The position numbers and the translations under genes are program-made. DNA of 64,000 bases from an uncultured virus (IMG/VR IMGVR_UViG_2061766007_001347) (taxonomy: Duplodnaviria; Heunggongvirae; Uroviricota; Caudoviricetes), in the IMG/VR virus record IMGVR_UViG_2061766007_001347; one strand, given 5' to 3'. Positions 36,877-46,635 of the stretch are shown here, one piece after another (positions within the stretch are counted from its first letter, which is position 1; each line of letters starts with the position of its first letter). The notes beneath the pieces are model-generated. The model was not told the origin of the DNA. It searched no databases and worked only from the letters and a program-made list of their open reading frames with translations.

Positions 36877-39516
36877 TTACGCATTCTTATTATATAGGAT
36901 GCATCTAACGTATTCTGTCGAGTTACCGGGTATTTTAATTCGATTACCAAGAAGAAATCCAAATCTAAAGCCACTATTTATATAACCCGTATCATATGCT
37001 ATATTAGCAACATTAAAACAAGCAGCTTCACTAACGCTAGATTTCGTCTCAAGAAAATAACTGTAAACATTTACTTTTACTTTATTTGATTCACTAAGTG
37101 AATAATTATCTGAATATCTGTATGTAGTACATCTAAAACACGAATTTGAATTATCCCAGACCAATTCACTGCCGCCACCGAAGTATACCATTGAACTATA
37201 AACATTAGTTACTTTTAATATAACATCATATAAATGTAACTGTGATGATTTTAGCTCACTACATGTTATTTTATCACATGTTATTGTGTTTAAGCAGTCT
37301 ATATACTTACAATACAAATAATACCATCTATTATTAGAAGCTCCAATACTATAATTTACACTTGCTGTGTATGGTTTTACCGATGAGGCTATCCCATTAC
37401 CAATAACAAGATTTTGAACGTGAAGCTGATCGTTTGACGGTGTATAGTAAAGATTGTTTGAAGTTGAGGAAGTGTATAGTGATTTGTATGTATTATTTGT
37501 ATAAGCTGATGTAAACACAATTGGGCATGCATTAGCACTACTTGAATCTTGTGTAGTTTTTACAGAATCAGCAGAAGTAGCTGTAGTAGCACTAGTAGCG
37601 TTACCAGATAGACTGCCACTAAATGTAGTGCATGTTAGTGTGTTTGATGATGGATTATAACAAAGTGAATACTCAGTATCAGTGTATAAAGTTTTATTTG
37701 ATCTAGTACTAGTACTATTGTTAATACTGTTAGCAAATACTAGTGGATAGTTGGTGTTACTATTACTACCTAACATTGCAACATTCGCTGATGACACCGC
37801 ATAATATGGATAGCCAAGCCAAACCCAGTATGCTCCATCATATACAAATTCTATCGTGCTATTACTTACCCATGAGTCGACGGCTGTGTTACCAGGAGTA
37901 CTAGTGCTATACCTTACAATTGTTTTTGCGCCAGTACTATTTACATTTAATGTAGGATTAGCTGCAGAATTAGTGTTTGTGAGTTTTACAACAACACGGG
38001 CACCTGTTTCGAGCTTAAATGAACTATTACTGATAGTGACTTCTTTTGCAGCAGCAGCAGCTGGTGTTGAGCATACTCCATAATTTGACACCATATTTGT
38101 TTTAATAGCTACCCATTGAGTACCGTTGTATCTAAATGTCTTAAGTGAACCCGCACTCCATGTAACTTCTTCATCAGAGCCAGCTACTACTGATTTAGCG
38201 CCAGTGCTATTCACATTTAGTGCAAGTGAAGATAGACTACTTGAATATGTAAATAAAACTGTTATAACAGCGCCAGTAGCTAACTCAAAACCACTACATG
38301 CTACTACTTTTATTGTAGTTGAGGCAGTTGTCCCGCATGTTCCATTATAAAATGGTCCAGTAGAACCGTCTTCAACAATACCAAAAATACTATGAGCAGT
38401 GTCTTCTACAAGAGTACCATTAAAAGTACCATTAAACTTTCCCCCTTCAAAACGGTTTGCATAAACTGCGGTGAGATTATAACCAGTGTAGCCCAAGTAG
38501 CACTTACCATCTTGACTAGGTCGTATCATTGGATAATTATTTGAAGCATTACTATTGCCTATTACTATGTAACCATTACTGCTACCAGAACCAGAGACGT
38601 ATATATTTCTCCATTGAGAAGAAGTACTTCCTAAGTCATATGAATTAGTTGTGCTTGGTACGATATCGTCTTTTGCGCTTACTTGGGTACTATCTGCTGA
38701 TAGCTTCTGAGTTATTGTAGAACCAGATTTATAGGATAAGTTAGTAGCATCAGAAGCAGTTGCAGCATTGCCAGTAAATGCAGTTCCATCAAACGTAGAA
38801 GCATAAACAGCATTCCACCTGCTATCTGCGGTATCTTCACCAATATTTAAGTTACTCGCTGTTGGTAGAATATGCCCAGAGTGCTCTGTATTATTCTTAA
38901 ATGTCTTTACACCATAAATATCCTGATCATCACCTGAAGTATCACTATATGATGAATGAGATGTTACAGTACGTAAATCAAAATCTTCTCTAGCTGTTGT
39001 CTCAGTAGCTAACTCAGTGCTTGTAGCATAATAGTCATTCGTAATAGTTAACTGAACATTAGCTGGATTTTCAAATTCATCTATGCGAATACCAAAATTC
39101 ACAAATAATGTAAATAACGGGTCAACTGTTTTTGAAGATATGGTAGTCTGAGCTCCGCCGCCACGTCTTGCAACAAATACTAAAACTTCTGATGTGTATG
39201 TAGTATCTGTCTTAGCCCATACGCCAAATAAATTTGCTGGACCGCCATTCTCGTATGTGTTATTGGTTATTTGACAGTTTATGCTTGCTGTTAACGTGTT
39301 ATTGTTTACAATATGAGAAGATACGTTACCACTACCAGTATATTGACTATCATTCTGAACAATAGATGTTAGAGCTTTCATATCATCGTCGTCATAGTCC
39401 TCATCTACATTCCAGCTAGACGTAGCAGCTCTAATCCATGTTATTGTTTCACCGCCAGCTGCAGCTGACAATAAATTCTCACCAGCACTTGTTATATATG
39501 AATCATTAAAAGCCAT
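36877..39516 (-). CDS. tail fibre protein
   Basis: ITSAGENLL N-terminus; repeated P.....(Y/L).(L/I)G....W...Y units; two LNVNSTGAK...Y(N/D)G..WV domains. Confidence 0.8.
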   Translation of the reverse strand: MAFNDSYITSAGENLLSAAAGGETITWIRAATSSWNVDEDYDDDDMKALTSIVQNDSQYTGSGNVSSHIVNNNTLTASINCQITNNTYENGGPANLFGVWAKTDTTYTSEVLVFVARRGGGAQTTISSKTVDPLFTLFVNFGIRIDEFENPANVQLTITNDYYATSTELATETTAREDFDLRTVTSHSSYSDTSGDDQDIYGVKTFKNNTEHSGHILPTASNLNIGEDTADSRWNAVYASTFDGTAFTGNAATASDATNLSYKSGSTITQKLSADSTQVSAKDDIVPSTTNSYDLGSTSSQWRNIYVSGSGSSNGYIVIGNSNASNNYPMIRPSQDGKCYLGYTGYNLTAVYANRFEGGKFNGTFNGTLVEDTAHSIFGIVEDGSTGPFYNGTCGTTASTTIKVVACSGFELATGAVITVLFTYSSSLSSLALNVNSTGAKSVVAGSDEEVTWSAGSLKTFRYNGTQWVAIKTNMVSNYGVCSTPAAAAAKEVTISNSSFKLETGARVVVKLTNTNSAANPTLNVNSTGAKTIVRYSTSTPGNTAVDSWVSNSTIEFVYDGAYWVWLGYPYYAVSSANVAMLGSNSNTNYPLVFANSINNSTSTRSNKTLYTDTEYSLCYNPSSNTLTCTTFSGSLSGNATSATTATSADSVKTTQDSSSANACPIVFTSAYTNNTYKSLYTSSTSNNLYYTPSNDQLHVQNLVIGNGIASSVKPYTASVNYSIGASNNRWYYLYCKYIDCLNTITCDKITCSELKSSQLHLYDVILKVTNVYSSMVYFGGGSELVWDNSNSCFRCTTYRYSDNYSLSESNKVKVNVYSYFLETKSSVSEAACFNVANIAYDTGYINSGFRFGFLLGNRIKIPGNSTEYVRCILYNKNA

Positions 39517-39526
39517 ACTATCACCT

Positions 39527-42500
39527 CTACTCTATGACGCCCAAGTCAATAAAGACTGATTCTGAAACTTTGTTAACTGAATTAGATGTTATATCACCAA
39601 GATCTATAGATGTCTGTCTAAATGTATAGCCTCTGTTTATGTATTCGTCTCGTGGAAGCCACCAATTTTCTTCATCACCATAAACTAGATCTCTAGTCGG
39701 CATATACTTTGGATAGAGCTGTCTAAATCGAGTGTCCCACATACCATCGCCGAGTGAACTTGGTAGATATATTTGATTATCACTATTGGAAATACTGCTA
39801 GATTTACTAACTGTAAAATCGACATACGCTGCATTTATTCTTGTGTATTGAATTACAGTCTTCTGTAGCTCATTAAGCTTAAATGCAAAGTACGCTCTAT
39901 CTAAACCCCAATGCCTACTACCATCTTTTCTGTATGCAATGCTTATTTCATACTGACCTCTACTAGGTAATGAAATTGTAAAATCATTCCATGAAGCGTA
40001 AGATTCCAGGCTAGCGTCTTCTGAAGTAGTGCCAGAACTGAAGTTCTTTGTTGTTACATGGCCATTTGGATCTTTTATCGAAATGTATGGATAGTCCCAA
40101 GCAGCTGTGCTGCTGTTTGGTATTTCACCGCAACCCATTATCTTAACATTAAAGCTTAAGACACCTACTACGTATACTTTAAGAGTCATTGTAGCAGTTT
40201 TACTATGCTGATGATAATTACTAAAACTCTTATACACAGAATAGCTACTATCATTAAGTAACCCGACTATGTAATTATCATTTGCATTATCTTCAACTGG
40301 CATCCACTGATTGTTTAAGTCCATTTCAAGTTGATCTTTAGTCTCAACTTTATGTGCATCACATACAAGTTCATATGTAGGTGATCCAGAGTCGTTGTTT
40401 ACAAACAATAACAGTCTTGCTATATCATAGTCTAACTGCTCACCAGCTTCATTGTAAATGCCAATGATGTGATAATCTAATGAAGAAGTATTCTCACTAT
40501 ATTTATAAAGCTCATCAACTCCTAAACTGGTATATTTTGAGTGAATCCACCCGTTCAAATTACCAGACGATATCTTAATCCATCCAGCAGATCTATCAGT
40601 TACAGTGAAAGATTGGTTATTATTTAAAGAACCAACTACTTGAGTAGGTTGGCCATCACTATTAATCAGTAGCGGATTTCTATATACAGAAATTGGCGAG
40701 TCACAGAACGTTGTCCCACTAGTAGCTGCATGATTATTAGACTTTACTTTATAAAGATAGTTATGGAATTCATGCAATAAAATATCTCTTCTATCTTTGC
40801 TAAACCATAACCTATGAACTCTAGTTTTCTTAAAGGTAACATAGTTATAGAGGTTAACACGCCATGGAGCTTGATCAATCTCATTAAGATTCAAGTATAA
40901 TCTATCAGTGCATGGATCACCTTCAAGAAATGCGTAGGGCTCATAGTAAATAGATGGGCTATTTCCATCATATTTTGGTTTATCATCAGAATACTTAAGT
41001 ATTAGATTATATGACATTATTGGATCATACCAATCATTGTCTAATGCTCCATAGCTATATATAGGTGTAGCAGATCTTAAATAATTACTTAAGTTCTTAT
41101 CGTCACCCTGATTATCTTCACCATCCCTAGTATAGCCAACATATAATGGATCTAGCTTTCCAACTGTTGGGCGATCATATGATGTAAAAGTCTCTTTTGA
41201 AATAGGCGGCTCATTATCTCTAATGATGCTTTCCACTTTTTCACTGTATTCATCGTAGTAGATAGTAAGTTCAGCTCCAGCTGACTTAAGTGATAAAATA
41301 ACTTCATCATAATTATCATCGCCTGACTTCTTATTAAGAACGCATGGAGATGATTCTATCATCTCATCAGCTTCACTAGCATCGATGCTGTATAGAGTAG
41401 AAAGTGCTAGCTGAACATCTGTTCTGTGTTGATCTGAAACACTTTCTAATTCTACAGATGTTACTTTACGCTGATGATCAAATGGTATAGCGATTATGTT
41501 GTTTCCCTGTTTAAGTGAGAACCAATTAAATAATGAAGACTTTTCATTATGATCATTCGGCTGTTGAGCCATATCGAAGAATGGAGTCTTCTCATTCCAA
41601 AACGGCTTGTATGTATTTATATGGCTAAGATTGTCATGCTCTATATAAGCATCTTTAGCTAGAATATCTGCTCTATATGGACCAGCCTCATTACTAAGGT
41701 CATCAGTATAGTCTATAAATTCATTCTCATCAATAGAATCGGTAAGTGGAGCTAGCGTACAGTAACTAACTTCTCGCTCAGTCGTAGATATAAATGGAAT
41801 GTCAATAGTTATGATGTCGACATCACAATATGGACTTATTCTAGAAATGACATCTTCAGTAGAGATTCCATCTGGTATTTGCAAGTGTACTTCATCACCA
41901 TTGATAATAGAAGTAGCATGATTAGTAGCTGTCTGATCATCAAGGCTAAAGACACTAGCAAGTGTATCTTTAAGATTTGTAAATACATCGTCTACAGCAT
42001 TACTAAATGAAGCCGCATAAGATGTGACTGTAGTAGTTATAGAATCTTCAACTATTTCAGTTGTATGACTATCTATGAAATCATATGCTTGTTCAATAGT
42101 GTATCTGTCTTTATCAAATGGAATGCTAACTGGACAATTTCTTATTAAAGCAATAGCCTCATCAATGCTAGTTATCTGACAAACAGTTGCTATTACCTGA
42201 GCAACCATCATCTCATAGTCTTCATCATATGACACAAGAGTTAGGTGCTTATTGAATAAGAATCTCTGTAGCCTGTTTGGTTCTGATGTTCTATACCTTC
42301 CATGAGTATAGCACTTTGTTGGAAACACAGACTTTGGATCATACAACTCTGTCTGGTCAGCGATGTAAATTTCTGGATATTTATCATTAGTAGGAATAAT
42401 AGGCCTGCCATCACTATCTAATGGGATCTCTACTTTACTGTCATCAAAGTCATAATAGTAGTATGTACCTGATTCACTAACTGGCCATGATAAAGACACT

Positions 42501-43279
42501 CCACCTGAACTAGTATGAGTCATGTTATTCACATAATGATAGTCAAACCAGTATGGAGTTCTCCATGGAGTATCTGATCCCTTCTGCCAATCATAACTCA
42601 TAGAAGCTGGATATTTTCCATTGTAAGTTCTGCTATACGCATCACGGTCTGTAGCAGCGACATTACAATCTTCTACAAATGTAAGTCTGTCAAAGGCAAG
42701 CATGTTTATATTGTAGAAGTATGTAGAATCACCAGGATAGACTGGCCGCGGCCATGGTATGTATAAATAGGTATATCCTGCAGGAAGTGCCTGAGCCATG
42801 AGGATATCACTCTGTAGGGCCATCAAAGCTGAGCTTATGACATGACTGTCAGAGTGACGAGACGCGTTTCCACTGATATAGAAGTAGCCGTCCATATCAG
42901 AGCCGATCTCATAATGTCTTAAAACTTGAATTGATCTAAAGTTGTATTCACTTGTTTTTGAAAATCCAGTAGACCATACACCTTCAAACTGACCACCGGA
43001 TTTGGCGATAGCGTATAAAGCATTCTGTCTAGTTCTGTTATATTTAATAGATGGGTACATTCTATAAAACCGGCCATTTGGTAGCCAGTTGTCTGTCATG
43101 TCCTCTACCTTAATGTCGTATAGTTCAAGCTTACGACGTATTTCATCTGATGATAATTCATCTATATCTAAGCACTTTAACATTTCATAGGCATGATCTA
43201 TGACTGATAAACGTACTTCTTCTATAGCCTCTTCTAGTTCAGGCATGTATTCAATAATATAATTTGGTAAAATTTTCAT
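39527..43279 (-). CDS. large baseplate wedge-associated protein with L7/L12-like and SH3b-like inserts
   Basis: Lies between the gp6/J-like gene and the fibre; LPAGY motif; GWIKI...GWIHSKY SH3b pattern. Confidence 0.55.
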   Translation of the reverse strand: MKILPNYIIEYMPELEEAIEEVRLSVIDHAYEMLKCLDIDELSSDEIRRKLELYDIKVEDMTDNWLPNGRFYRMYPSIKYNRTRQNALYAIAKSGGQFEGVWSTGFSKTSEYNFRSIQVLRHYEIGSDMDGYFYISGNASRHSDSHVISSALMALQSDILMAQALPAGYTYLYIPWPRPVYPGDSTYFYNINMLAFDRLTFVEDCNVAATDRDAYSRTYNGKYPASMSYDWQKGSDTPWRTPYWFDYHYVNNMTHTSSGGVSLSWPVSESGTYYYYDFDDSKVEIPLDSDGRPIIPTNDKYPEIYIADQTELYDPKSVFPTKCYTHGRYRTSEPNRLQRFLFNKHLTLVSYDEDYEMMVAQVIATVCQITSIDEAIALIRNCPVSIPFDKDRYTIEQAYDFIDSHTTEIVEDSITTTVTSYAASFSNAVDDVFTNLKDTLASVFSLDDQTATNHATSIINGDEVHLQIPDGISTEDVISRISPYCDVDIITIDIPFISTTEREVSYCTLAPLTDSIDENEFIDYTDDLSNEAGPYRADILAKDAYIEHDNLSHINTYKPFWNEKTPFFDMAQQPNDHNEKSSLFNWFSLKQGNNIIAIPFDHQRKVTSVELESVSDQHRTDVQLALSTLYSIDASEADEMIESSPCVLNKKSGDDNYDEVILSLKSAGAELTIYYDEYSEKVESIIRDNEPPISKETFTSYDRPTVGKLDPLYVGYTRDGEDNQGDDKNLSNYLRSATPIYSYGALDNDWYDPIMSYNLILKYSDDKPKYDGNSPSIYYEPYAFLEGDPCTDRLYLNLNEIDQAPWRVNLYNYVTFKKTRVHRLWFSKDRRDILLHEFHNYLYKVKSNNHAATSGTTFCDSPISVYRNPLLINSDGQPTQVVGSLNNNQSFTVTDRSAGWIKISSGNLNGWIHSKYTSLGVDELYKYSENTSSLDYHIIGIYNEAGEQLDYDIARLLLFVNNDSGSPTYELVCDAHKVETKDQLEMDLNNQWMPVEDNANDNYIVGLLNDSSYSVYKSFSNYHQHSKTATMTLKVYVVGVLSFNVKIMGCGEIPNSSTAAWDYPYISIKDPNGHVTTKNFSSGTTSEDASLESYASWNDFTISLPSRGQYEISIAYRKDGSRHWGLDRAYFAFKLNELQKTVIQYTRINAAYVDFTVSKSSSISNSDNQIYLPSSLGDGMWDTRFRQLYPKYMPTRDLVYGDEENWWLPRDEYINRGYTFRQTSIDLGDITSNSVNKVSESVFIDLGVIE

Positions 43280-43370
43280 TACTCATGCCTCTGATTTGAA
43301 TAGTAACATTACAAATAAACACTGATAATAGTTAGATATAGAGAACGAGTCTGAGAATCTGGGTAAACAA

Positions 43371-43399
43371 AAACGAGCTACCACATAAGTAGCTCGTTT
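43371..43399 (-). terminator. intrinsic terminator
   Basis: AAACGAGCTAC/GTAGCTCGTTT. Confidence 0.75.
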
Positions 43400-43409
43400 A
43401 TTAGTACAT

Positions 43410-45383
43410 CTATCTAGTAACTGCCTTAATTAGAACAATCACATTATTAAGAACTGGAACCATATAGTGATGTTTTATATAGTAATCATCAATGTGTCTG
43501 TAATTAGCACCTGATTCTAAAGTCGTAGAAAAGATCTCTTCATCTTTTCTATCGAAATTCTTTGAGTCCAGATCATTATACGCAGCTTGATGCTCTAGCA
43601 AAGACATATAGTCTTCAACTGGAACTTCATGGCTGTGATCACCGTCTGATGGCAAAATGAATACTTTCGTAAAACTCTCTGGAAATGGCTTATATTCTAC
43701 AGGTTCATATTTAACATAAGCCGGACCATCTTCTGGAGTAACTCCGGTGTCAATATCAACATCACTTATTACACATCGAATTCCAGTGGATAAGTGAGAA
43801 TAGAGTGTATCAACATCATCATTGTCTAATTCAAACGCTTTATTAAACGTATTATCGATTGTCCCAAACGTAGAATCTCTAACTATGCAGCTATCCATAC
43901 GAATTACTTTGTCAGATGCATGGTGAACAACATAATTGATTCTTGAAATTTCTGGAACTTTCTCACCAGGGTCTACAGTGTAATACTCTAATAAAGCTTT
44001 CTTTATTTGAGTCGCTACAGCTGAAACTGAAGTACCGAGCAAATAACACTCTGCTTTAACAACAATTGAGTATGGATCTTTCCCGTATGGAATTAAAACT
44101 ATGCAGTCTGATCTTGATGATCGCTCTTTCAAATCATTCCACAACATCTTTCTTCCATCGAAATCTGCGTCTGTAATAATATAGACTGTTCGCGGAATTA
44201 GCTCTGTGTTTGGCGGAACTTTATCAAGTCTGTAATTATCAGCGTGATCGAATACTTGACAATGCTGAGATATTGATGACTTAATGTATGCAGCATAGTC
44301 ATCCTTTGTTAAAAGTGATGAATAGCTCTGAACGTACTTCTTATAGTTTTCTCTTGTAACATTTGGATTTTCAAATTCAGAATATCCCTTGATGCCATCT
44401 GCCAAGCTTATTTCAAAAAGCATTCCATTGTCTACTATGCTCTGATCTTCTTCATATTCTTCAATAACTGATACATAGTTATTTAAGTTGATAGCTCTTG
44501 CATTTTCTTCTGTATCATCAATCTTCTTATCGATAGCTCTAATGTATCTGAATGAAAATGAATCAGATGTTCTAAACAAATCTTTATAGTTAGATGGGAA
44601 TTCAATCACTAATGAAATAGCTCCACCAATAAATTTTGGCGTAATAGTAAATGAATTCTCACTAAAACCAGAGCCGATAATGTCATCTACATATGACAAC
44701 TCCATATCATCATACCCACTACTTTTTCTTACAAGAGATAGCAGATTTCTATCAATGATGGCATCTGGTATGTCTACAGTAGAATCGCTGTTGATATCAC
44801 TGTAGGTAAAGTTAAATGTCTCAAGTGTGCCAAGCACTACTGGAACTCGTGTTATTCTTTTTGCCTCAGTGTCAATATAACCAGTATAGTTATACCAACC
44901 AGAAGCATTTTCATTTATTGGGTTACCTGTAGCATTGTCACGAACATATTGAGCATATTCATCACTTAATGGCGCATATAGTATATGTTCAACATCTTCA
45001 GCTGCATATAATGTATCACCAGTATTTGTTACAGGTATAGCGTCAAACTTCTTAATCTTTAGCTTAAGCTTACTACTCTGAAGCGGCGAGCTTACAATTA
45101 GTGTGCCAAATGATGCACGAGGTAGCATCATCTTATATCCCTCGCGCATAGCATAAGAGTAGATTGATGACGCTCTTTTTGCAGTTGAAATGTCGCATTC
45201 TCGTCTAAGCTCATCTATTGTATAGTGTAACTGATCTCCCATACGAGCTAGACTCTCTGCAAAAATAACAATTGGGTCTGATAAGTTTGTCCAATCCCAA
45301 TCATTCGGAAGCTTCTTTCTTAAAAAAGAAATGATTTCTTCTCGCAATGTAGCATAATCTCTGCCAATAAATCTTGATGCCAT
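43410..45383 (-). CDS. baseplate wedge protein (T4 gp6 / P2 J-like)
   Basis: RDYATLREEII...WTNLSDP...A.R..SI...A...GY; LTKDDY. Confidence 0.85.
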   Translation of the reverse strand: MASRFIGRDYATLREEIISFLRKKLPNDWDWTNLSDPIVIFAESLARMGDQLHYTIDELRRECDISTAKRASSIYSYAMREGYKMMLPRASFGTLIVSSPLQSSKLKLKIKKFDAIPVTNTGDTLYAAEDVEHILYAPLSDEYAQYVRDNATGNPINENASGWYNYTGYIDTEAKRITRVPVVLGTLETFNFTYSDINSDSTVDIPDAIIDRNLLSLVRKSSGYDDMELSYVDDIIGSGFSENSFTITPKFIGGAISLVIEFPSNYKDLFRTSDSFSFRYIRAIDKKIDDTEENARAINLNNYVSVIEEYEEDQSIVDNGMLFEISLADGIKGYSEFENPNVTRENYKKYVQSYSSLLTKDDYAAYIKSSISQHCQVFDHADNYRLDKVPPNTELIPRTVYIITDADFDGRKMLWNDLKERSSRSDCIVLIPYGKDPYSIVVKAECYLLGTSVSAVATQIKKALLEYYTVDPGEKVPEISRINYVVHHASDKVIRMDSCIVRDSTFGTIDNTFNKAFELDNDDVDTLYSHLSTGIRCVISDVDIDTGVTPEDGPAYVKYEPVEYKPFPESFTKVFILPSDGDHSHEVPVEDYMSLLEHQAAYNDLDSKNFDRKDEEIFSTTLESGANYRHIDDYYIKHHYMVPVLNNVIVLIKAVTR

Positions 45384-45394
45384 GGTAACACCTT

Positions 45395-45748
45395 TTATGA
45401 AGCTACGCCATCTACTACAGATAACGATACTTTAAACATTGTTGAATTCTTTACTAAGTCAATAGAGAAAACAAGCTCTTTATTTTTGCCTATACTATAT
45501 GATATTCCGGATAATGAAACGCCATCAATTAGGCCAACAGCAGTCTTAATCTCCTGTGATACTAAGTTCAGTGTATAGAAGTTTAGAATCTCAAACTTAA
45601 GATCACTTAAGCTACTACCATACGTAGGATAATACCATCTAGTACCAAGTCTAGTATTGAGAATGCTAACAAGCTCTGCACGAAGCACTTCGTTGTCATT
45701 TGACAAAACGAAGTTACCGTTAGAATATTTGCCAGTAAAAGTCTTCAT
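45395..45748 (-). CDS. baseplate gp25/W-like sheath initiator
   Basis: ILNTRLGTRWYYPTYGSSL...FE. Confidence 0.85.
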   Translation of the reverse strand: MKTFTGKYSNGNFVLSNDNEVLRAELVSILNTRLGTRWYYPTYGSSLSDLKFEILNFYTLNLVSQEIKTAVGLIDGVSLSGISYSIGKNKELVFSIDLVKNSTMFKVSLSVVDGVAS

Positions 45749-45757
45749 TGAATTCAC

Positions 45758-46615
45758 CTATATGAATAAATCTATGCAGTAGAGGTGACTCATCGAATTG
45801 CCGATTGCTATACAAAGAGCCATATCTCCTTTATTGATAAAGTTCTCACGATCTCTTTTTCTAGCCTGACTATCATCAGCACTCATATCATCACCATCTC
45901 CAGGATTCTGATCTTTACCACTATCGGCGTCAATATCCTGTACGTTTGTGCACCATGGAGCAACTTGAGCTTTATCAAGCTTTAATTCAATATCATAACC
46001 GTCTAAGCCAGACTTAGCAGTGTGTAAACCAAAGTGAGCTTTATTGTCATTTACTTTGAATGTCACTTTACTATTAAACTTGATTGTAGCATTACTGGTA
46101 TTAAAATCAATTTCTCCCATTGGGCCTGGAGCTTCAATCTTCGCTGCATTACCAGCTACACCAGAAAGCACTGGTGGAATAGGACCAGCTGTACCTGGAA
46201 ATGGCCCACATACTGCTGGAACTGGTGGCATGGGCGCTCCACCACTTAAGTTAACTGCATTTAATGTAGCATTCTGAAGAGCTATCTTACCAGTTCCCTT
46301 AATGTTACACTCTTTACACTCAAACTCCATCTCATCAATTTCCATCTTACCGTTTAATGTAAGTCTTCCTTTATATGTAAGAACTGGTGGATTTATCCAT
46401 GCAGCATAAGCAGCTCTAATTGTCCATGAAGCAATTACTTTCTGAACTGTCGAACCGTCTTCACCATGTGGCTTCCCGCCCTTGGATCCATCAAGATCAT
46501 CAAAGTCTACCCACATAATGCCGGTCTTCTCAAAATGCTCATCTAATTCATCAATTCTACCGATGAAGCATGATAAACTATTTGGTGGAATTCTAAATTG
46601 ATCACTAACAATCAT
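45758..46615 (-). CDS. putative baseplate spike (gp5/gpV OB-fold-like)
   Basis: Lies between hub and gp25; FIGRI...G..WV at the N-terminus and KGDMALCIAIGN..HLYCI at the C-terminus. Confidence 0.45.
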   Translation of the reverse strand: MIVSDQFRIPPNSLSCFIGRIDELDEHFEKTGIMWVDFDDLDGSKGGKPHGEDGSTVQKVIASWTIRAAYAAWINPPVLTYKGRLTLNGKMEIDEMEFECKECNIKGTGKIALQNATLNAVNLSGGAPMPPVPAVCGPFPGTAGPIPPVLSGVAGNAAKIEAPGPMGEIDFNTSNATIKFNSKVTFKVNDNKAHFGLHTAKSGLDGYDIELKLDKAQVAPWCTNVQDIDADSGKDQNPGDGDDMSADDSQARKRDRENFINKGDMALCIAIGNSMSHLYCIDLFI

Positions 46616-46635
46616 TTAAGTAAATCTCCATAGTA

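Noticed and set aside
45395..46615. TAG readthrough fusing the spike gene to the in-frame gp25 gene
   Set aside because: gp25 has its own AGGTG RBS and ATG at 45748 and is normally a separate protein; adjacency explains the shared frame.
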